From Candidatus Helarchaeota archaeon (GTDB taxonomy: Archaea > Asgardarchaeota > Lokiarchaeia > Helarchaeales > RDOG01): a stretch of 64,000 nucleotides of DNA. The DNA lies in NCBI GenBank assembly GCA_019058315.1, contig JAHPZH010000001.1, positions 96,001-160,000 of the forward strand, in the 5' to 3' direction. This document shows, in pieces, positions 18,267 through 27,900 of this stretch (positions are counted from its first letter, which is position 1; the number at the start of each line of letters is the position of its first letter). The notes under the pieces are model-generated. The model was given only the letters and a program-made list of their open reading frames with translations, was not told where the DNA came from and searched no databases. The translations under genes were made by a program, and so were the position numbers.

Positions 18267-19679
18267 ATGGAATGGGAAGAAGAAACCAAAGATTTATACA
18301 AAAAAATAACTGAAAATATTCCTGAAGGCTTTCGGAACTCAGTAAAACCCTTAATTTACGAAGCAGCAGAGAAAAGATGCGTAGAACGTAATGGATCCTA
18401 TGTTAACGAAGCAGATTTAATAACTGCAATTTTTGATATAACTCCAGAAGCATTTAAAGCTATGATGACTGATGATCTAAAATCCTTGGGGATTAACGTT
18501 GAAAGATACATTGAACTTAAAGATATTAGAGATCGATATAGACTTTCATGGCAAAAGCTAGAAGATGCTTTTCATCCGGGAAATGTACACTTTGCAATGT
18601 ATATTACAGAAAAGTGTAATCAAAAATGTTTGCATTGTGCCGCAGATGAAAAAGTTGAACGCCCTGAGTTAACAACAGAACAATGGTGTGAAATAATAGA
18701 GAATATTGAGACAGGATTGAGAAAAAATGGTCGACGTGCTTGTTTTATATGGTTTGGAGGAGAGCCCACATTGCGGGAAGACATCCATGATATCATGAAG
18801 TTCTGTGGTGATAAAGGTTACTATCATGCAATAATAACCAATGGTGTGAGGTTTGCAGAAGAATTTGCTAAATCTTGCTCTGATAATGGAATGAGCCACG
18901 TTTTTGTGAGTTTCGACAGTGCAGATCCTATAAAAAACGATAAAATACGCGGAATGCCCGGTGGAAAAACCTTAGAATCGGCAAAGAAAGCAATCGATAA
19001 TTGCTTGAAGTATGGTTTATTCGTTTGCTCATCAATAACCGTAATGAAACATAATATTGATGAACTTGAAGATCTAAAAGCAATATCCGAGAGTTGGGGT
19101 TCACAACCATATTTTAGAGCAGTGGTTAAACAAAATAGAGCTGCTGATTATTGGGATGAAATTGGTTTAAGTCAAGAGGACTATAAAAAATTATATGAAT
19201 TTAAGTATAAACATGCCATAGAAGCTATAAGGGATGGAAAGGCAGGAACTCTACCAGCATACGAAATATATGAAATGACACCCTTTATGGAATGTCCTAA
19301 GGACGACAAGGAAATGACTGGAATTGAGTGGGGTGTTGGATGTCTCGCTTGCAGAACTATGATGGGCATTGGGGTTGATGGAACTATATATCCTTGTGGT
19401 TATCCTACTAAACTGACACTAGGTAATGCATTGAAAGATAAATTTGAAGATGTTCTTAATACACAAATTTATAAAGATATTCGAGATAGGAAGCGCACTG
19501 GTAAATGTGGAGAATGTCACCACCTTAAATATTGCGGTGGAGGATGTAGAGTGCATACAGAATGCGAAACTGGGGACTTCTTCGCTTCTTTCCCTTACTG
19601 CTGGCATGAAATGGATCATGAACATGAAAAACTAGAAGGTTTTGTTAAGGAAAAAGAATTAGAAATTATAAAGAAATAA
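18267..19679 (+). CDS. radical SAM/SPASM protein (paralogue of 16839) with the same N-terminal helical domain
   Basis: CNQKCLHC, FGGEP and SPASM cysteines; colinear with the upstream ORF over its full length. Confidence 0.9.
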   Translation: MEWEEETKDLYKKITENIPEGFRNSVKPLIYEAAEKRCVERNGSYVNEADLITAIFDITPEAFKAMMTDDLKSLGINVERYIELKDIRDRYRLSWQKLEDAFHPGNVHFAMYITEKCNQKCLHCAADEKVERPELTTEQWCEIIENIETGLRKNGRRACFIWFGGEPTLREDIHDIMKFCGDKGYYHAIITNGVRFAEEFAKSCSDNGMSHVFVSFDSADPIKNDKIRGMPGGKTLESAKKAIDNCLKYGLFVCSSITVMKHNIDELEDLKAISESWGSQPYFRAVVKQNRAADYWDEIGLSQEDYKKLYEFKYKHAIEAIRDGKAGTLPAYEIYEMTPFMECPKDDKEMTGIEWGVGCLACRTMMGIGVDGTIYPCGYPTKLTLGNALKDKFEDVLNTQIYKDIRDRKRTGKCGECHHLKYCGGGCRVHTECETGDFFASFPYCWHEMDHEHEKLEGFVKEKELEIIKK

Positions 19680-19689
19680 AAATCAAAAA

Positions 19690-20103
19690 ATGGAGTTGAT
19701 GAAAATTATAAACACGAAAGAAGAATGGGAATCTTATTTAGATAAATTCATAGAGGGTTATAATATTTTACCTGAGTTACCTGCAATAATTCAATCCATA
19801 GCCCCATTGGTTTTTAATTATGTAATAACTGATCGCCCAGAAATGAGCTATTGGTTTTTAATAGAAAAAGACAAAATAAGTTGGGGATTGGGGCAATATT
19901 CTGGAACTAATCATCCAACTATCATCCATAAGACTGATTTTGAGACCATGAAAAAGGTTAATTCAGGTGAGACTGATCCTATTCAAGCAACAATGTTGGG
20001 GACTTATAATGTCGATGGTGATGTTTCTAAACTCATGGCATGTGCATCCTTACTTCCGCTTGGAGTAAAAGCACATGCTTATGCTCTAGAAAAAATAAAA
20101 TAA
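19690..20103 (+). CDS. SCP2 sterol/lipid-binding domain protein
   Basis: 'TDFETMKKVNSGETDPIQATMLGTYNVDGD' fits the SCP2 pattern (G..DP..A...G...V.GD). Confidence 0.75.
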   Translation: MELMKIINTKEEWESYLDKFIEGYNILPELPAIIQSIAPLVFNYVITDRPEMSYWFLIEKDKISWGLGQYSGTNHPTIIHKTDFETMKKVNSGETDPIQATMLGTYNVDGDVSKLMACASLLPLGVKAHAYALEKIK

Positions 20104-20115
20104 TGGAGTAATAAA

Positions 20116-21324
20116 ATGAATTTTAAATATAATACAGATATAGAAAAGATGCATTATGATATTATAAAGGCTGCTAAACTCGCTGATGCTCCATACAATG
20201 AAGATATAATTCAAAGAATTCTTAAAGCTTATAAGGATTTTTTTAGAGGTTCGGTTGTTACCTTTGTAACTTCAACTAAGCCAAAGAACAAACGCACTCT
20301 GTCAATCCGTTATGTGGAAATAGATGTTAAACATGATCCTTATGAAATTGCGATATCTAATAATCTACTTAAACAAGAAAAACATTTAATCCACCATTTA
20401 TTAACCGAAATTAAAAGTAATTATCCCATTATGGGGTATGGAGTGGATGCTGACGTAAATTATGGTGTAACGAAAATTTGGAGTTTCTTTCAAATTCCAC
20501 AACCCTTAGAAAAAGCATTTAAAACACCTGCAGTTCCTGAAAGTATCCAGAAATTTACAGATTATTTTAAAAAATATGACCTTGATGTTTTTCATCTATT
20601 TGCTTTAGATTTCCGTAATAAAACTGCTAATGTATATTTTATGGTGAAGGATCCAAAAGCAAACCCAGCTGATAAGGTTGCGAACATGATTTCAGACTTA
20701 GGTTTAAAAGTTCCATCACAAGAGATACTTGAACATTGCTCCAAAGCATTAACAATTTATCTTACATTTGCGTGGGAATCCTCCATGGTTGATAGAATAT
20801 GTTTCGGAACTGCCGTTGATGATCCTAGCTTGATCCCAACACATTTAGACCCATTATTAAAAAAGTATTCACAAAATGCACCATTTCAATCAAAAAATCG
20901 CCTATTTATTTACAGTATAACACCATCACGTTCAGGTGACTATATCAAAATCGAAAATGATTATATGGGGGAGATGATTAATTTAATGAAATCTGGAATT
21001 CAAGCTGAAGTTTGGATGGATGACTTAAAAAAACAAAGAGAAAATGTTCAGCCAAAAACTGTTGAACTAAGTGGGGTTAAGTGGGTAGATGGAGTTTCAA
21101 TATTATTTGAAAAAATTACAGATGATATTCCCGAGACGTTCCGTTCATTTGTAAAACCTATGCTGCTTGAAACTGCCGAAAAAAAAAGTCAAATTAGAAA
21201 TGGAAATGGAATTACTGAATCGGATCTTATAACTGCACTATTAGAAATAACACCAGAACCATTCAAACCTGACGCAATTAATAATTTGAAAAAATTAGGA
21301 GTAGATATGCAAAAATATATTTAA
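20116..21324 (+). CDS. ABBA-type soluble aromatic prenyltransferase (NphB/CloQ family) with C-terminal helical tag domain
   Basis: YGVDADV..GVTKIWSFF, ALDF..KTANVYF, IYLTFAW....DRICF and YIKIENDY match PT-barrel strands of NphB/CloQ. Confidence 0.85.
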   Translation: MNFKYNTDIEKMHYDIIKAAKLADAPYNEDIIQRILKAYKDFFRGSVVTFVTSTKPKNKRTLSIRYVEIDVKHDPYEIAISNNLLKQEKHLIHHLLTEIKSNYPIMGYGVDADVNYGVTKIWSFFQIPQPLEKAFKTPAVPESIQKFTDYFKKYDLDVFHLFALDFRNKTANVYFMVKDPKANPADKVANMISDLGLKVPSQEILEHCSKALTIYLTFAWESSMVDRICFGTAVDDPSLIPTHLDPLLKKYSQNAPFQSKNRLFIYSITPSRSGDYIKIENDYMGEMINLMKSGIQAEVWMDDLKKQRENVQPKTVELSGVKWVDGVSILFEKITDDIPETFRSFVKPMLLETAEKKSQIRNGNGITESDLITALLEITPEPFKPDAINNLKKLGVDMQKYI

Positions 21325-21363
21325 TTCTTAATTTTTTGATCACAAAATAAAAATTAAAAGGAA

Positions 21364-22773
21364 GTGATTGCAATTCAATTTACTGTAGCAACAAATTGGG
21401 ATTTTAAACTAATAGATGAATTAGCTAAATACCCTGTGAAAGATATTTATGGAGTTGCAAAATTTTCGATAGTTGGTCATGGTAGACCCTCATTTTTATT
21501 AAATGAAGTTTCAGAAGAAGAAATTGCGGAGTATATTCGAAAAATTCATGAGAAAAAAATGAAATTTTCTTATTTATTAAATGCACCTTGTATGAATAAC
21601 ATGGAATATGATGCTGAATATCATAAAAAGCTGTTAAATTACATTCAATGGATTTGTGATATTGGATCAGATAATGTAATAGTTACAACACCTTTTTTAA
21701 TCAGTCTTATTAAAGAACAATTTCCAAAATTGAAAATTCGGGTTTCAACTATAGCCCACGTTAATAGTGTGAATCGAGCAAAATTCTATGAAGCATTGGG
21801 TGCAGAAGAAATCACTCCTGATGTAATGATTAATCGCGATTTTAAGACTTTGATAAAAATTAAAAAAGCAGTGAAATGTGACATTGTTCTGCTTTTAACT
21901 GATGGTTGTTTATATCAATGTCCCTTTAGATATTATCATTATAATATCCTTGGGCATTCTTCCCAATCTTCCCACATACTTGGAGGTAATTATGTAGATT
22001 TTTGCATATTAAATTGTAGTGCTATTAAATTCTCTAATCCTACCGAAGTAATTAAAGCAAGATGGGTTCGCCCTGAAGATTTATCCCATTATGAAGCTAT
22101 CGGGATTGATAAATTTAAAATTGCTGGACGCCGTATGCCTACTAAATGGATTCTTCGAGCAGTGAAAGCATTTTCTTCTCGAAAATATAATGGGAATCTT
22201 ATAGATATAATCCAAGGTTTTTCTATGTCCGTTGGGGTTGAGAAAGATCCAAATGCTAAATTTATCGACACGATTGATAAAGAGCCTAAAGCAAAACTTA
22301 TAATTGATAATACTAAATTGGATGGTTTTATTGATTTTTTTAAAAAACAAGATTGTATATCAATGTGTGATGACTGCAAATATTGTGAAAATTGGGCAAA
22401 AAAAGCTGTAATTCTTGATAAAGAGCAAGCTCCTAGGTATGTCGAATCATTAGAAGGTTATATTAAAGATATCACTACGAGCCGAGAATTTGGTATTGAA
22501 TCGGTTAAACCAGAAAAGAAGAAGAAAAAAGGCTTAGAATGGAATCCTGAAACTGAAAAAATTTTTGAGGATTTAATTCAACTATCTCCCCAACAATTCC
22601 AATCAATGGCAAAGATGGTTATTTCTTCAATGTCAGAAGAAAATGCAAAAAAAAGAGATTCTAAGGTAGTAGAAAACCAAGATATTGTAAAAGCATTTAT
22701 TGCTGGAACTCCTGAACCTTTTCAAGCAGATATGAGAGAAGGACTTAAAAAATATGGTCTATTAAACGAATGA
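21364..22773 (+). CDS. U32 family Fe-S protein (O2-independent hydroxylase type) with C-terminal helical tag domain
   Basis: GHGR, YLLNAPC, STIAHV, GCLYQCPFRYYH, DFC...C, WVRPEDL, FKIAGR, extra C..C..C..C cluster. Confidence 0.85.
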   Translation: MIAIQFTVATNWDFKLIDELAKYPVKDIYGVAKFSIVGHGRPSFLLNEVSEEEIAEYIRKIHEKKMKFSYLLNAPCMNNMEYDAEYHKKLLNYIQWICDIGSDNVIVTTPFLISLIKEQFPKLKIRVSTIAHVNSVNRAKFYEALGAEEITPDVMINRDFKTLIKIKKAVKCDIVLLLTDGCLYQCPFRYYHYNILGHSSQSSHILGGNYVDFCILNCSAIKFSNPTEVIKARWVRPEDLSHYEAIGIDKFKIAGRRMPTKWILRAVKAFSSRKYNGNLIDIIQGFSMSVGVEKDPNAKFIDTIDKEPKAKLIIDNTKLDGFIDFFKKQDCISMCDDCKYCENWAKKAVILDKEQAPRYVESLEGYIKDITTSREFGIESVKPEKKKKKGLEWNPETEKIFEDLIQLSPQQFQSMAKMVISSMSEENAKKRDSKVVENQDIVKAFIAGTPEPFQADMREGLKKYGLLNE

Positions 22774-22814
22774 TAGAAAGGTAATTTTTAATTTTTTTTT
22801 ATAGTGACGTATAA

Positions 22815-23438
22815 TTGAAAACTGTTATAATAACCTCACCACACCCCGATGATGCTGTATTAGGTTGTGGTGGAACAATCATCAAATCCATCCAAGAAAA
22901 TACACAAGTTTATGTCATTTATCTAACAGATGGAAGGGCTTGTTATACTTATCTTAAAATTAAATCCAATTTAACTCCATCAGATGTTGCAGCAGGAAGA
23001 AAGAAAGAAGCAATAGAAAGTTGTAGAATTTTAGGAGTTCCAGAATCAAATCTAAAATTTCTTGAAATTTGGGATAGAGAACTTGGGAAACCAAAAAATT
23101 TTAAAAAAGCACTAGCTGCTGTAAAAGAATTAGTGAGAAAAACTAATCCTTATAGAATCTTTGGTCCAGTTTTTAAAAATAGACATATTGATCATCAAGC
23201 AACCCATGATATTATATTAGAAGTTCTTAAAGATTGTCCTGATATTGAATTTTATATGTACGGTCTTCAGAAATCTATTGGAAAATCAGATTTAAAAATT
23301 GATATAACTAGTGTTAGAGAACAAAGAGCAAAAGCTATGTTTATTCACGAAATTGAGCTTGTTTATGAAAGAGATATTTATAAAATTTTAGCAAAACAAA
23401 CAAAGGAAAGATTTAGATTATATAGAAGAAGTAATTAA
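22815..23438 (+). CDS. PIG-L/LmbE family deacetylase
   Basis: SPHPDDAVLGCGG, LTDG, R..EA...LG, HIDH. Confidence 0.9.
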   Translation: MKTVIITSPHPDDAVLGCGGTIIKSIQENTQVYVIYLTDGRACYTYLKIKSNLTPSDVAAGRKKEAIESCRILGVPESNLKFLEIWDRELGKPKNFKKALAAVKELVRKTNPYRIFGPVFKNRHIDHQATHDIILEVLKDCPDIEFYMYGLQKSIGKSDLKIDITSVREQRAKAMFIHEIELVYERDIYKILAKQTKERFRLYRRSN

Positions 23439-23644
23439 CAATTTTTTATAAAAATATTTTAAAAATTTAATATAACTATCCATTTTTTATTATTTCTTAT
23501 CTTATGTTTATTTTTTTTTAATGATGGATAAAAAATTAAATTAAAAAAAATCTAAATTATTAAAAAGATAATAAATTTCAAATAATTAATATAGATTCCT
23601 TATCAATAAATCAAGTAATAGAATGAATTATTTGAGGATTTAAA

Positions 23645-24175
23645 TTGAAAAGGTCTTCTTGGCAAGGATTATTCATCTTATTTAACCTTTGTGGGATTAT
23701 TCTTGCAATTTCTGGTATATTACTTGCCACGCTTGCCTTAAATGATTTCATAATTTTGGCTAATAATAGCTATATTTTTAGATTTTTTTGGGGATTCATA
23801 GAAATTTGGCTTAATTTTCTATTTTTTATTACTAGTATTGTCCCCTTATCTCTGGATATAGTCGCGATAATTTTAAGTATTGAGGCAGCAATTTCCGTTA
23901 TCAGCCTAATTCTCTTACTTGATTTTTCTCAGGTTCAAGGGTGGCGATTTAGGTTCTTAATTTTTAGTGGTATTTTTAATGTAGTACTTATTTGTATTGG
24001 ATTAGGTCTATTTGATGCTACATTAATTAACGCAAAAGTGAATTGGCTACTAGGAACATTCTTCTTTACTCCTTTAACCTCCTTAGGCGGTTCAATCCCT
24101 ATTTTAATAGGAGTAGCACTTATGGGTGTCAATGTATATATATTTTTTAGTATGAGAAAAGACAAAAATTATTAA
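23645..24175 (+). CDS. hypothetical multi-pass membrane protein
   Basis: About four hydrophobic segments; GAGG upstream of TTG. Confidence 0.6.
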   Translation: MKRSSWQGLFILFNLCGIILAISGILLATLALNDFIILANNSYIFRFFWGFIEIWLNFLFFITSIVPLSLDIVAIILSIEAAISVISLILLLDFSQVQGWRFRFLIFSGIFNVVLICIGLGLFDATLINAKVNWLLGTFFFTPLTSLGGSIPILIGVALMGVNVYIFFSMRKDKNY

Positions 24176-24189
24176 AAATAAAGAGTTTT

Positions 24190-24939
24190 TTAAAGAACCG
24201 CGTTTCCAATTAAGTTTCCAATCTCAAAATTTTTCTGAATTTCATGTCCAATCTTTTTATACTTTTCTATTTTCGATTCTGGAACTTTTAAAATTCGTAA
24301 AAATGGCTCAATTTCATTTATTTTTGCGAAATATATTAAATCATTATTTTCTCTTACTTCCTTTATTAAATCTATTTCCTGTAGATTAAAAAGAAAATCT
24401 TGGACTATTTGAGATTTTAATTTAGACTTTTTTGCTAATATGTTCAAATTGATACCAGGCTCTAATAAAATATATTCCAAAATCCTAAAAATCTTGTCAT
24501 CTCTAAGTAAAAGAATATTATTATCTAATTCTGAATTTATTTTGAAATCAAAATAAGTTATTTTATTTTTAAATCTCCTACTTCTTATATATTCAAATTT
24601 CTCAAGCATCCTTAAGTGCCAAGCTGTCTGATGAGGCGATAACTCTAGATTTCTTTGAATATCTCTTAAATGAGCGCCTGGGCTGTTGAAAACGTATTCA
24701 TAAATTTTGTTCCTTGTATTGTTATTTAAGACGGAATCTTTTGTTATTTTAGAATCTTCAAATAAAACTTTTTTTGAAAATAATCCGTAAATCGCTTGAT
24801 TAATTTCAACATTCGAATATTTTAAGTTTAAAACGGAAATAGTGTATAATTTTTCAACATTTAAAGGACTTACTTTAACCATTTTTTTTGCTAATTCTAA
24901 TATTGACCTCTCAATGGGTAAGAGATTTAATGTTTTAAT
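24190..24939 (-). CDS. double winged-HTH transcriptional regulator (archaeal COG3398-like)
   Basis: R..IYEYV..SPG.H.R.IQR.L......WHL..LE and a second 'ILLEPGI' HTH. Homology to the paralogue extends upstream of ATG 24882 to ATT 24939. Confidence 0.8.
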   Translation of the reverse strand: MKTLNLLPIERSILELAKKMVKVSPLNVEKLYTISVLNLKYSNVEINQAIYGLFSKKVLFEDSKITKDSVLNNNTRNKIYEYVFNSPGAHLRDIQRNLELSPHQTAWHLRMLEKFEYIRSRRFKNKITYFDFKINSELDNNILLLRDDKIFRILEYILLEPGINLNILAKKSKLKSQIVQDFLFNLQEIDLIKEVRENNDLIYFAKINEIEPFLRILKVPESKIEKYKKIGHEIQKNFEIGNLIGNAVL

Positions 24940-24981
24940 ATAAATTCACCCTAAATATATTCCTTTTAAAATAAAAAAAAA

Positions 24982-27900
24982 TTATTTGATATTCTCAAGA
25001 TATCTTAGAAATTCCTCTCTTTCTTTTGGAGATAAACTAGCTAATTCCTTTAGAATTGTTGCTTTTTCAGCGTTATCCGGAATGTTTAATTTTAAAATTC
25101 TTATTACTTCATCTTCAGATAAGAAGGAAATGTCTCGCTTTAAATCAGTTAAATATTTTTCCTTTTTGAGTCTATTTAATAAGAATTCTAAATTAGCAGA
25201 GCTATCTTTTTTATGTTCCATTCGAGGAGCTAAAGAATCTATTTTTTTCTTCTTCTTTGCTAATTTCTGCTTCGATATTTTTTGCTGAGTTGAGGTTTGT
25301 CTTTTTCTTATTACAATAACACCCACAGTGCCAGCTGAGGCTCCTACTATTCCAATTATTATAATTATAATAGTTATTGTATTATTAGGTGGTGGTATCC
25401 AAGGAATCCTAAAAGGACCTTTTATTTTTATTTTTATAATTAATGATTCACCTGTATTATTTGCCTCATCAACTGGAATTATTTCGTACGTATATTTTTT
25501 CTTTGAAGCGTTGAGATCCATATAATACGTTAAAGATGTTATTCCCAAATATTCTCCGTCTCTTCGAATAATATAATTTACAGAATTATTATCTGCCGAT
25601 GGAAACCATGAAATTGTGATATTACCTGATTGGATTATAACGCTTTTATATGTTGGTTTTGTGGGAGGAGTATCATCGAATGTTAAAATTATTGTCGTTA
25701 TATTTTGATTCCCGAATGTATCATTAGCTCTTATCCAAAATTGAACTACTTGATCACTATTGAAACTTGATAAATCAATATCGAAAGAACCAACAAATGA
25801 ATTTGTCCAAGTTAACTGTGTAACATTTGCCCTCCATTCCACAGTTGAAATATCTAGATTATCATCAGTAATAGTCAGATATATAAAGGCTGGCTTATTT
25901 AAGACTGTTTCATTCTGAGGAGAATCTAAGACAATTGAAGGGTTAATACTATCTGTATCCCATGTTGCAATATCCAAAACCCTCGCCGATTCACCAGTTA
26001 TTGTATGTGTGTCATTATAGATAACCATAACAGTATCTCCAACTTGAACCAAGATTATATCTGAAGGATCGTTACTTGAACTCGTACTAAATGTGAAATT
26101 CCCTGTAAATATGCCAGTAGTTGGTCCAGTCTCACCTAACTGAACTATTATGCCAGAATTATCACTAGAACTATTTACATTGACATCAACATAATCATTT
26201 CCACCCGTTGTATCTAGATCTGAATCTATTACTGTTATCATAGCAACTGTTCCTGTTCCGTAATATGCAGTTGAATCCAAAGTTATGGATCCTGTTACTG
26301 TTTCGATCCAGGTTGCTGTATCTACCATTTGTGCTGAAGCACCAGTAACATCATATAAGTCATTATAAATCACCATAATTATGTCCCCATCTTGAGCACG
26401 AATAATATCCAAAAGATCACTACTAAAGTTACTGCTGAATGTGAAATTTCCCATAAATATACCTGTCGTTGAACCAATTTCAGTTAATTGAACATATATT
26501 CCACCCACGTCACTTGAACTATTAACAAGCACTGTTGCATTATCAGGCGAAGCCGATATGTCTAGATCTGAATCATTTAACATTATATTCGCAACAGCAT
26601 CTGTTCCATAGTAAGTTGCTGAATCTAAATTTACGATACCAGTAACTGTCTCAATCCAAATGGCTGTATCATTTAAGCTATCATGAATTACCATGATAGT
26701 ATCACCATCTTGAGCCCAAATAATATCTAAAGGATCGTTGCTTGAAGTAGTGCTAAATGTAAAAGTTCCGCTAAATATAGCTGAATTGACTGCTGTTTCA
26801 AATAATTGAACCATTATACCTGGATTATCACTTGTGCTATTTACAGTTACGTTTACATTTTCAATAATTGTAGAATTCAAATTATAACTACTATCAATAA
26901 CCGTTATAGTTGCTATTGCTGCTGTTCCATAGTAGTATGTTGAATCAAGATCTAAAGTTATAGTCACTGTATCTATCCAGATTGCAGTATCTTTTGGTTG
27001 TGCGAAAGCTCCAGTAATTGTATGTGAATCATTATACATTGACATAATAGTATCACCATCTTGAGCCCAGATTATATCTGCAGCATCATTACTTGAGGTA
27101 TTGTTGAATGTAAAACTTCCAATAAAAATGCCTGTAGTAGCTCCAGTTTCATCTAAACGAACAACAATTCCAGTAGGATCGGAGGTACTATTTACATTCA
27201 CATCTACATAATCCATTGCTCCCGTTACATCCAGATCTGAGTCGACAACTGTTATAGTAGCTATAGCCCCAGATCCAACATAAGTAGGAGAATCTAGATC
27301 TATGGTTCCTGTAACTGTTGCAATCCAAATTGCACTATCTAATGTTTGGGCTGGCATACCTGTTACAGTGTGAGAATCATTATACCTCGTAGTTATTATA
27401 TCACCATCTAGAGCTAAAATTATATCTAAAGGGTCATTACTTGCGGTAGTGCTAAATGTGAAAGTCCCCATAAATACTCCTGTTGTTGGACCTGTTTCAA
27501 TTAATTGGACATTTATACCAACAATATCGCTTGTACTGTAAACATCTACGCCTACGCTATCAGGCGCCCCCGTTATATCTAGATCCGAGTCGCTTACTGC
27601 AATAACAGCAATTGCTGCTGTTCCATAATATTGAACCTCATCTAAAATTATGGTTCCAGTCACCGTCTCAACCCAAGTCGCGGTATCTGTAACATTATCA
27701 TGAATAGCCATAATAGTGTCTCCGTCTTGAGCCCAGATTATATCCGCAGGATCGTTGCTTACTATAGTACTAAATGTAAAAAAGCCTGTAAAATAACTTG
27801 TATTAACTCCAGTTTCAGTTAATTGAACAGAAATACCCGTGATATCAGTTGAACTATTAACACTAACATTTACGATATCAAGAATTGTAGGATTTAAATT

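Noticed and set aside
16839-22773. Chlorophyll biosynthesis implied by the PCP_red-like domain
   Set aside because: Only the small helical domain is present; there are no BchL/N/B catalytic domains.
21364-22773. U32 protein as a collagenase/protease
   Set aside because: Characterised U32 members are Fe-S hydroxylation proteins, and the Cys motifs and context fit that role.
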